IMG/VR virus record: IMGVR_UViG_3300047550_002841
Span: 869-64,868 of that record
DNA: 64,000 nt
Source of the DNA: a virus
Taxonomy: Duplodnaviria; Caudoviricetes
Reading direction: 5' to 3' (one strand)
The notes beneath the pieces are model-generated. The model did no database searches. It saw only the letters and a list, made by a program, of their open reading frames with translations, and was not told the origin of the DNA. Of the stretch, positions 14,601-20,900 are shown piece after piece. Both the position numbers and the translations under genes were made by a program. Within the stretch, counting starts at the first letter, position 1, and each line of letters opens with the position of its first letter.

Positions 14601-15074
14601 ATCAGCATTATTTACCTTTATTTCATATTTACCAGCACCAATACTCAAAGGTGTTGGAGATGCTGGATCATGAACAGCTGTATAGAGATTATTAAAAGTT
14701 AAATCTTTTCCTACAATATTATCTAACTCTTTCTCTCTTGCTATCTGATCGTCTATACTACGTAATGTAAAATTCTCATTGAAAACTGCCTGAGCTTGTT
14801 GAGAAGCTTTTACTAAAAGTTGTCTCTCTTTTGATGTAATCTGCTGGCTGCCTTGCCGAGGTGTCTGAAAACCGCCTGTTTTAGCTACTATTGGCTTGAT
14901 TATAGGTTGACCTACTTTAGTACCTCCACTTTTAGATGCAGCAGAAATTTGATCCCACTGTTCCTCAGAAGGAAGTCTAAAATCAACTAACGGTTTTGGA
15001 GCAGGCGTATCTTTTTTAACCGATCCAGTATTTATCCTAGGGGTAGGCTTTGAATCTTTTTTTTCTTCAGGCAT
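2628..15074 (-). CDS. Giant internal virion / DNA-ejection polyvalent protein (4148 aa) with zincin metallopeptidase domain
   Basis: Uninterrupted 12.4-kb ORF after the nozzle and pilot genes; TAMHELAH HExxH motif with downstream ELFARGFE; LPD-like segments (TGLTIGEDG, LLAEYPDL, FVHEMQSD). Confidence 0.75.
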   Translation of the reverse strand: MPEEKKDSKPTPRINTGSVKKDTPAPKPLVDFRLPSEEQWDQISAASKSGGTKVGQPIIKPIVAKTGGFQTPRQGSQQITSKERQLLVKASQQAQAVFNENFTLRSIDDQIAREKELDNIVGKDLTFNNLYTAVHDPASPTPLSIGAGKYEIKVNNADELGQALQDPYNLDQFFLANRGQLAQYFKIASAKELTDKLQGGLTQYEKSVYTNQDAVSVYDPRFNKPFLAANAPRYSTSLDQFAPDPVAEKFGSVQKRIAADRNFNTLRENNLNVDAYGQPIDNAADFYEYLKDPINRDSYGRVHKKKLNELGFTSAQDLFAGSYYEKGKLGIDIARYEDQKEIRRSNAEKDMGTEFLNKAATVFDENDRSSSVPALNEEQIGKMLFEAELGNNISFDYQDPNYRGSFKKLDRDEFENILRRNNLDDFEVSEILEEYKSKYLNNMVDKTYQDKRKKAGFIKNEKGQLISNYDQIKENRAQAELTKEEREIAALYEQVQEIYKSGVKVKGKNQVKLPADKLKQLQSLKAQISQRKQEVGFFGVNALPKEEFFDAFGNRLEGREQQKVVKVYTQTAQAEQKTDAAILKEKRNVLYEQLDYMSQRFKDMQTKKVVLPENYNAEELDAEYKTLVAENGNFLQKLYAIAVPFSSFEATTVISDQQKANAIYLYKLNSRILEKKAQIKALNRVIYTNADLTKVKADGIVNNMLSTVVTNTVNLVEQEEFQTPAEEVLTVANFLTEQGMYVNPDVVESLKTLNEDSQLGKGFLTSLGMALQIGLMRKPVANSTKALFTGEAAVAARSYMANKYGRTGVGVFTLFEKAAVNYGVDFMAYELAGQDGGMGVAEKVGSQMYDKATGVMNLGRFIPTNLIGKMATIMGRSFSGATASMTEETFSNIWSEFKANGFDIVAATENAYGKTEDERLFNLRATALMCMSFSSLNLENLGVLFKTRQNFQDYLDRVYGEDVDAVDVEILKLLDQTIKNSDYDENNTTKPEVVTAPAMAMAGVPNATNAPSFAFNPVMTSGPVDDNTSTTTSSSASSGVGTEGVKVEQRAGNLGEEFYVSSKNGVVDNKVVYRYNPETTKLEAKGLTSVTDEFVEVNDKTAEFIDKQSKEYGIVSKANVENVAKANLGIDPEAEATGQVDKDQVLFQNNTSTGRSKKERIDKAAASTKTRYASQFNMAASQILGLFTNTAKEADVNDDAVRTYLNDISRKVGNKLKLNMTSFVKDGVAYIASSSRTKLNKVASYIAPLLKEFDDTLFNTEDQDLNTDQPIRTRKKDAVTDKVRESVSRNNFFNEVFGDMINDGRITKEDAIDNFIGMLLINSRSKVKEVLGNDKAGLDAFVKLREDLNNFIAVKYTGASTFGTTEKFLNGTVMSTQTAKNRKSDLKKQVLDLEKDKQRRLTIKGVLKSTQKEGAFVTDDQVDAIRFNNGEISAIEFLQNMGKDIPQGTTQQQINDMAKAEVANMVDVAKYEQGVELIKQNDRARERYRKHLFQEAGLVWGFRPSLKTPFRARRSRKERKAYIEGYLAAVEEAATRAEMTLQTFMETQIGVLKRTEDQFLDFLKMTPKLNPLYQMSANYSPEFLVANIEKANDLKSKGFTDRQIEVMTGLTIGEDGEATITQNNINVEYPLGFLNDLEAIKNEFVNPLAQKTNVGKILGRFSFSKVDRNQQLGARKTMMGLAEFLGGSPELLAEYPDLTQVKVRFVMDNTSAAFSFRPNELYTGKGKSQGVPGSIIINLNQDAVGKNKLGLENAIRQAVQHMEGQYDPRAINDFVTPTTIRAKIMEATKANVLDKDATDFMNSVLNFYIDKGVFQFGSYQSLFLDIAQILYKTPINKNLDDHFEKLGASYSLSDSDINTLKSIYMDYVAKTKSEGKAYNNTFNFAMKLGSLTDKKLIDFDFTSTFANRLDYTLESENVLTINEIFPNGSFVGEIPFLLSSLEKLINHPDFARYNVSGQAQVMRESLAILQEEIKKGKINPKTVYDIASYIGSREGKDLYEFIDNLGNEYAIDRYDDYGNSIGSDYLVNDQFGFNGRRLLDQMLELSDQLFDASSLINSKLNSSSLNGAAEPTTAIESREVYYQMFPGIDKYMDGIYDPFKSIKDFTKQELKSILVDGGLISQNRFNEVYGEYESTGTFTGSVASNFLETTGQLNKEQTKELIEFNTVQKSILDNYGTSFYNNVDLAVARLVTSAKRYPSKDLRSMLKTMGAKDGELDWLGLSEFIDNVRIDAQSQNPALNPNEIFITKEQLIDWLEDSHRAVISYNPADEVQTSTVESVVLLSASPEIEQGALTAFGTNIPFTLNSNRFDSLNYYGGTTGSPNAVVRFADGRVRVINLEDITIDNLAVFKNYIGTNEYQKFADIIGNIEKIKESIDTDASTKELLQSYIKTYMNAEDELLRLKRYRGATGLDGVMNLFDNYESFKPDLGSGAVPNTYKEHLISTPVTQNPLYKEYNNRVLNYLEELNNLAKTPEDVAKNRGQIAILQDKLQQARQKRDDIGKELYNSKHFSGNPLEVIGHLRTEIVVDSDGNLALFVHEMQSDKSQARQEQVKKVKNELFAEFIFKDLFNFKNTSFYSQGFAVELSKFLNNNKDKIEKATGRQVDTSGYGKPTQWSPLDIDQLIELTSQYAATLRNENLEAFKKFDETAALDKRVRAIKKDTPLIQTDNFMDMLIKQAIKVASDSGLNKIIFTGGSRIGPAVAPLNQSEASTRAGINKTYNEKIPSRLKNLQKKLGFTIGTSQVSGDIPNLQGIDLDQEVDFKGKKIALKDMTSEEMMTYLREYVGPDYLPNAEFNSIELSQDTLLKAAEGQALFQQNKAGAHGAFLKTESGKNLIFALTNPNITTAMHELAHMFEHYLTAHEKQVFMDQVGHKKWNRDTSELFARGFEKFLGDGKIDNPVVKSAFENFKSWLLRIYGGIVGTPIEMQVSEPMRKIYNAMLNGTTVADVKQQKNSDVIDDIGNFLADLKANPQFKGITDEELYTALMKSGFEPDDIKDYFSLKQRANIEKQKAGKGLFEDEATVMENEEDAMRVVRDKKELLDAMENIDPTEYPMLLKTLSDVLESGDVLLAKEIELLLQAKHSGADPASIRQQYASILKAGTQVGRMLRLFRQLTQDTYTTSTEAMIAKLLKKGESIPEKAKEEMMDLAREVDRLKELFKASREQAMANPYAESAADPTKTNLEYHKDLYEKLNVATEKYIAARAPYEGSESRTDAFRSFIKGGLMTPGSLAVNTTSNVVKLFVGFFTDPLRTMVSYVGAKTGLVDKQYTKVTWADIVRGIKYGMPMGVKKGMKILKDGTVSQGLADTNNYAQGFNSFKAFSSYFGLKLDQMKRAAGISSMTDEELAYKHGFRINALGKIPDKQKSVRALEATFGIIPDIIFRVMSATDAVFRDFAYMTSVSEDFKQSVQAIQLEKRIDSTTDKAEKKRLIKEYNDLRKAFLEINRDYGNPVASEEALRFVYANDNWVTEQFARMQRGTRNFGPDGSIGSFTGKIARLFGTSTVPFTKIPSNYAVELAEFLVPEYALFKVANAGKKAYDRGQKLKSGSTTQEAFANERRTEARNMDRVMARAMVGAGLQFIALEFVKAGALSGGPQDEKEDDKTKSADFTYQFERPYSINWTLVKEHMKERLSELGIGEPYKSPRLSKAWDRENDLITDYRGFGVIGAALYFQYKENKHRMQTDPKFVNRGAFEEISEEFASSLFGNYESAYKYIIDQTFVRGVLSVAKAISDEDENKLPNFFADITLTMASAIVPNSLSWIDKWRRGYAVDYDSRDSEPFKAFGITVENESATLFFTKLATKLSERWPFGDPTKYVNLPFIESDRDLLPVKVDPFGKRILQTPKGSVLGEFMYNTFDITKATKAYAGYEIPDWEALTYLCCKMEAWNALPQALPRKVSTPSGSYKMTPDEYNNILEYNAMLRRQMVQDILIDQGRYKEMIDLQSSYNRREDGTMIMGINNPKTPFGFELMARIMSDIYNISNQMTLFANYTFIDKEREKLYRDDPERYMQMVQSEMLTATRGLAQTLYGGQELEDQATNNLNEYVGGFMNVADAENAAGNKFFRVDKELIQDPKRFKKFATGAIDLVKQFDLEGKSMMQGDASGKGVTEQQYEDIPLGKPKTTTKEPAVKTQKNIPAESGYEDVPL

Positions 15075-15078
15075 ATTA

Positions 15079-15086
15079 CAAATATA
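15079..15086 (-). promoter_or_regulatory. TAnnTTTG promoter element for the giant protein
   Basis: TATATTTG 4 nt before the ATG at 15074. Confidence 0.6.
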
Positions 15087-15117
15087 ATACCTAGAAGAAA
15101 ATTAAAACAGAAGTAAA

Positions 15118-16671
15118 TTATTTTATTGGGTTTGGTACTATTGCGTTGTTTTGATCTTTAACACCACCTTTAATACTAGCGTATGCTTTATTCCAGTTCT
15201 TTAAATCTGCCTCATTCCACTTTGCTCTACGTGTTAAATCATCTAGCACAACTGATTGTTTATCTGCTCCAATTATTACATCACCGTTTTCTTCTGGGTA
15301 ATACAAAGGAACTAAATATGATTCAACACCCACTTGAGGAGCTGCTGCTACTGCAAATTGGTTCTGACTCGCCAGTGCCCACGGTAAATACATAATTTTT
15401 TCCCCTGCCGCAGCTGCTTGATTTACTTCATCTGTCTCTAAAACACGTAAAAATATCTGACCTGTTTTTGCGTCCTTACTCTTTTTAGTTGGAAATACGC
15501 CAATGTGACTTGCGTAAAAGTTAGTCTCTGCCACATCGTTGAACGCAGGTAAACCAGTTTTCATACTCAAAATGCTACGGTTCTTAGGGATTCTAATTTG
15601 AGTACCTCCACTAGCAGAAGCAACTGATACCATTTTCTCAGTACGCAATGCATTAGGTTTATTTTTAAAGTTCAAAACCATAGATGCTACTTGGAAAGTA
15701 GTAGGTGCAGCGTTTTGTCCTGTATTATTAACTGTAATGTTTGTTCTGGTACCTAAAAATAAATTCTTATCAATTGACTTTTTAGGAACATTCGGTTTGA
15801 TTTTTTCGTTGTAGAAATACTCATATAAGCCTTCTGTTCCTTGTGCCAACAATTCATCTCGGGTTGCCGCGTCTGCACTTGACCAATATTTTTCACTAAA
15901 ATACTGAGCCCTGACATCGGGTGAACTTAAAAACCACTGCTTGCCAATTTCATAAGCATTGTCCTTTTCTGTCAATCTCAAACTAGGGTTATTCTTTTTT
16001 AATAACCTAGCCTCTTCAGCATTAAATGGAATACTAAATACTTTTTCTTGACTTAATGTTTTACCCTTTGTACCTGCAACCTGCTCAACTACTTCACTAA
16101 TCTCAACACCCTGCGTATTGATGTCAAACAATTTATTTTGAATGTAATCACTTATATCAATAAATGGTTTTGGCGAAAACTCTAAAAAGCCTGTCTCAGG
16201 AGATACATTAATATACCCATCGGCAAATACATCTGGATTTTCTTGAAATTTCTTGAGCATCTCAGATTCATTTTTAGCACCCTTAATAATGCTGTATGCT
16301 TTGTCAATTGAAGGTGACAGATAATTCTTTCCGGGCTGTTTAACAAAGTTTTCAATATCAAATAGAACTTTTGATTTGAGAACCATTCTGTCTGTCTCAG
16401 TATCCCAGTTAATAAGACCATAGTCAGCTTGCTCCACTATGTTAGGATCTTTTGACTTCTCTAAAGATGCTAATTTGGATATGTAATTTGTAGTCAAATC
16501 TTTTGCGTCATTCAAATATGCATTGTGATAAATCTTTTTATTCAATGCTATTTGTTGACGAATTCGATCTAAGTTTTTATCTATTCGCTGATCTGTATCT
16601 CCACTCGGAACTTTTAACCGAGGGGCTTTGCCTGTGGCACCAATTGCTGCTCCTAATGAAAATTCTGCCAT
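15118..16671 (-). CDS. Putative internal virion/ejection protein
   Basis: 517-aa ORF located between the pilot-like genes and the giant protein. Confidence 0.5.
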   Translation of the reverse strand: MAEFSLGAAIGATGKAPRLKVPSGDTDQRIDKNLDRIRQQIALNKKIYHNAYLNDAKDLTTNYISKLASLEKSKDPNIVEQADYGLINWDTETDRMVLKSKVLFDIENFVKQPGKNYLSPSIDKAYSIIKGAKNESEMLKKFQENPDVFADGYINVSPETGFLEFSPKPFIDISDYIQNKLFDINTQGVEISEVVEQVAGTKGKTLSQEKVFSIPFNAEEARLLKKNNPSLRLTEKDNAYEIGKQWFLSSPDVRAQYFSEKYWSSADAATRDELLAQGTEGLYEYFYNEKIKPNVPKKSIDKNLFLGTRTNITVNNTGQNAAPTTFQVASMVLNFKNKPNALRTEKMVSVASASGGTQIRIPKNRSILSMKTGLPAFNDVAETNFYASHIGVFPTKKSKDAKTGQIFLRVLETDEVNQAAAAGEKIMYLPWALASQNQFAVAAAPQVGVESYLVPLYYPEENGDVIIGADKQSVVLDDLTRRAKWNEADLKNWNKAYASIKGGVKDQNNAIVPNPIK

Positions 16672-16673
16672 GT

Positions 16674-17318
16674 TTATGCCTGTTTTTCTTCTGGTGTAGT
16701 GCCTGCCATCATATTTTCAGTACCAACTTTAATAGCAGTACCTGCAGCTTTTTCAGCCATAATTCTATACGAACGCTGTGCCGAAATATCTTTTTGAATG
16801 ATATTTGACATAGCTAAATTCATACGCTCTAGACCGCTCAACATCTCCTGTTTGTATCCTACATTCTGTTGCATGATATTCGCTTCTCCACTAACCCTAT
16901 CCATAGATGCTATTCTACCTACTAATGCCGAAGACTGTGGAGAAACTAGTCGAGCCTTATTTTCAAATTGTGCAAGTCTTGTGGCCAGATTTGATCTCAA
17001 TTGCCCTGTTACCTCACTAGGTAATCCAGCCTTTGCTCCCTGCTCATAAATACTTTTCATACCTGCGTATGGTCCCATTGCACTTCTAAAACTCGGCATG
17101 GGTAATCTTCTAGCTTTTTTCAACTGGTCTTGACCAACAATCATCTGGTAAATACCGCCCATAATAGAAGCTGACCCAGCTCCGTCTAAACCGTATGAAG
17201 GTGCAGAAGACCCACCCATGCCCAAATCAGGCCCAGTGGTCCCATAATCCATACTAGATTGCTTGGGATTTAGTTTTACTTCTCCAGATGGAAAACCGGG
17301 TGATCTCTGCACTGCCAT
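16674..17318 (-). CDS. Putative internal virion (pilot-like) protein, paralog 2
   Basis: Ala/Gly/Met/Gln-rich helical protein; clearly similar to 17320-17895. Confidence 0.55.
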   Translation of the reverse strand: MAVQRSPGFPSGEVKLNPKQSSMDYGTTGPDLGMGGSSAPSYGLDGAGSASIMGGIYQMIVGQDQLKKARRLPMPSFRSAMGPYAGMKSIYEQGAKAGLPSEVTGQLRSNLATRLAQFENKARLVSPQSSALVGRIASMDRVSGEANIMQQNVGYKQEMLSGLERMNLAMSNIIQKDISAQRSYRIMAEKAAGTAIKVGTENMMAGTTPEEKQA

Positions 17319-17319
17319 A

Positions 17320-17895
17320 TTATGCTATACCTCCTGTAGCTGCTTTACCAGCCATTTTACCTGTATACTCGATACCCATAACAAGGTTCTCAGAACCTTG
17401 CTTGATCGCTTCTCCTGCGGCTTCTTCAGCCATGATTCTATAGTCTCGTTGTGCTTGTACTGATCTCATCTTAATGCTTGATATTTCACTAGCTGTTCTA
17501 GCCATGCTATTCAATTGCATTTGACGATATTGTTGATCCATATTCGCCAATACACCTTCAGTTTTTATTCTGTCCATAGATGCAAGTCTACTTGAAACTT
17601 GTCCTCCGAACTGGGGTGAAGTTTCAGTTAGTGATCGCATCGTTTTAGCAGTCTGTGCTGCTGTTGCCGTACGCATGGCCTCCATTGTAGTTTGTCCTAA
17701 ACCAGTTTTAAAATTATCACGATACATGTTTTGATTTTCCCTTAAATATTGAAGTCCTTCGGTATAGTCTGGAAAAGGTAGCTTTCTTGCTTTACGTGCT
17801 TGGTTCATTCCTTTTGCGACCTGTATACCACCTTGAACAGTACGTGCCATCGCACCTGCTGCCATAATAAGTAATGAGATCGTAATTGGGTCCAT
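17320..17895 (-). CDS. Putative internal virion (pilot-like) protein, paralog 1
   Basis: MDPITISLLIMAAGA hydrophobic N-terminus typical of podovirus ejection proteins; follows the nozzle gene. Confidence 0.6.
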   Translation of the reverse strand: MDPITISLLIMAAGAMARTVQGGIQVAKGMNQARKARKLPFPDYTEGLQYLRENQNMYRDNFKTGLGQTTMEAMRTATAAQTAKTMRSLTETSPQFGGQVSSRLASMDRIKTEGVLANMDQQYRQMQLNSMARTASEISSIKMRSVQAQRDYRIMAEEAAGEAIKQGSENLVMGIEYTGKMAGKAATGGIA

Positions 17896-17899
17896 ATTA

Positions 17900-17907
17900 C
17901 AAATTTA
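17900..17907 (-). promoter_or_regulatory. TAnnTTTG promoter element for the ejection genes
   Basis: TAAATTTG 4 nt before the ATG at 17895. Confidence 0.6.
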
Positions 17908-17914
17908 ATTTATT

Positions 17915-20900
17915 TTATTTATTATACAACCTAGGGTTTGGTCTATATTTAACCACGTAGTTAATCAACTTTTGGAAAATATTGGGTGCAAATCTCAACT
18001 TGATTTTTAAGTATCTGCCCCACAATCTAGAGGTATCGTTAGAATTTACGCTAGTTCCTGTAGAGTCATTTTTAATCGGAGCATAGTAAAAGTCTTCCAA
18101 CTCTTCAAATTCTGCACTAGTCAAAAATGAAACATGATCTCTAGTAGCAAAATCTAACCGCTCAGGAGTAATATCACTTACTACCTGCACTGCCTCAAAG
18201 TTTTTACTCAAGTTCGGATCAATATTTACCACCCCTTCAATGTGACCATTATATTGAACTCCATAGAATGTACTATAGTTACCTGAGTTGGCTACATAAA
18301 TTTTGTTCTGGTCGTCTGGTTTACTTGTATAGTAAGTGTTCCCACGACTAGTAATGATATTCGGATACTCAGTCATGAACCCAATAAAACCACCTTTCAC
18401 TTCATCATAAACCAATGTAAATATTTTAAAGTACTGTGGATGTGTATCAGGTGTTAACTTTTGCCATCTATTTGCCCACGTTGCTCCAAACTGAGGTACT
18501 GAATTAATAGTATCTAGATTGTTTACTGTTTTCAAGTATACAAATGGTACACCAGAAATATGTCGATCAGCAACCTCGGGCTCTCCGTAGTAATTGAAAT
18601 CTAACACATCACCACTGTGACTATTAACAACCAATGAGTTTATCGGATATTGAACAAACGTAAGATAGCTCGTGTCCGTATATGTCTGAAACTCAGATAT
18701 GCTTGGGTCTACTGCTGTAAATGACATCACAACTTCATAAAATCTTTGGTTGTAGCCAATAACTACTCCCTGACCAGTAATTGGTTGATCTTGTCTAGTA
18801 TGCCAATCCGTATTATTCATCAAATAGGATATCAATCCTTTATCCGAAATAACTTGAACTCCATTACCTGCAAAGCGTATTAATTTCTTTGCCCTACTAT
18901 TCCACCAATACAAATTCTCATCTCCAGTAAAGGTTTTACCCTTGGCAATAGCAAATTTATTAGTTGCTCCAAAACTACTGAGCTGCTGCCCTTTGTTGTT
19001 CAGAACCCCACCTGTACCAATAATTAGTTCAGTACCTGAGTCACTATTAACCACTTGAGTATCACCTACATAATGTCTTATAAATGCATCTGGCTGTAAC
19101 GAGTATAAGTTACTATTTACAGTTACAATATCAACTATCTCACCTTGGTTAGTATCTAAATCAACAACATCAATAGGCTTAAATACTCTGTAGTTATCTC
19201 TCTCAGAGCCAGTGCTTTTGACTTGTGAAAATCTTATAGACGCTGGACGCTTACCATCCCATCTAGAGTTAGGGTCAAAACCAGTTTCAGTAAAGACATT
19301 ATCTATCACTGAAAACTGTGAATCATAATTATTCTGATTGTCTACTTCCGGCCATTGCTCCAGCCAGTAAAGTAATCCAGTTCCCCACGCTCCTTGCGGT
19401 AGCTCTGCATAAGTAACTACGTTTGAAGCCAATGTCGCTACACCTGTAAATGTAGGTGACCAATCTCGAATATACGCATTGCCTGCACGTTTGTAACCTG
19501 CTTCGTTGATACCGGTAATAAATTTTTCCATGTACTGCGGATAAACAAATCCGGGACCTTCCTGTTCATCATTGTGGTCTATTGTATAGAACATCTGCGT
19601 ATTAGAGATGTTCTGTGAATAGAATGAATACGCCAATCCGAAACCATAATTCAATGAGTTATAAGTACTCATACGCATTTTTAAATGCGACTTTTGAGTA
19701 AATACATCTCCTCCGAAAACAGATACATTTGATTGTATGCCCCTTTCGTTACCTGTCATTATATATAAATGATTGGTTGTTTCATACACACTCTGCTCTT
19801 TATTGGCTGGGTACTTTGCGGTGTTGCCCTTGTCACGGAAAATTTGAGCATATACTAATCCTTCTTTATTAAATGTGCCTGATCCAGTAGCATACAAACC
19901 AGTGTATCCGGGAATAGTACTTAGTTTTGTTGTCAACTTGAATACTGTACAGGCTTTCATATTGCTGAAAAATGGATTTACACTAGCATAAGTTCTACCC
20001 TCGGGTGGAACACTAATTCCATTTTTAACCTTATCCATTCCTCCAAACGGTCTTGCTTCACCTGTCTGAAACTTTTCCGCTTCAGCAATTGTAAAATCAG
20101 TATACGGTACTAATGTGTTTTTGAAATAGCCTGTGTACTCTTGATGTACAGACTCATAGTCACCTGTATTAAAACCTTGAAGCGTATACTCATCATATGG
20201 TACTGGCACGCTTAAAACTTTCATCTTGTCACCTGCAACATATGTATACTGTACTTGGTTGAAGTACATGTCGGGCGAGTGGAAATAACCAAACTCAGAG
20301 TTATCAGTATTGCCCAACATGATATCATTTTGATAGGATGATGTTCTAAATGCTAAACTATGATCTCTTCTACAATAATTTGACGGAAAAGTAGAAAACG
20401 TAAATGATGGCGTTCTAACTACATCCTTGTGGTAAGGAATCAAATTATCTACCCCTAGACCGGGATCTGTATCTTCTCTCACTCCTCCTACAAGAAGTCC
20501 AGTTGCCAATACCTCGGGTATCCGATCACATCTTACAATTCTATACGCTTTTATCAAACGATACAGAGGTTCTCCATCAACTTGATAATCTAAATTGATA
20601 TTGTGAAATTTAGGATAGTAGATGTTGACGTAATCAGAATCTAGATTTGTAAAGTTTGTAGTTGTAATGTTATTGGCTGATCTGCGTGTAGGTGATGTAC
20701 AGTTAGTTGCTGACAAGTCAAAACGAATATCATCTACCCAATATGGCGAAGACCATTTACCAGTTTTTTTCCACTGAACTTGTATACCAAAACGATAGGT
20801 ATCATTCATCATGTAACCAGTATAGTTCAATACATTCTGAGGATCTTGGTATTCACCAAAACGATAGTTAGGATAAGTCTTATTTGTATCTCCTTTACCA

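Noticed and set aside
2628-15074. Virion RNA polymerase as in crAss-like or N4-like phages
   Set aside because: No recognisable catalytic DxDGD/DxDxD motif was found; the visible motifs are peptidase/polyvalent-type. Not fully excluded without structure prediction.
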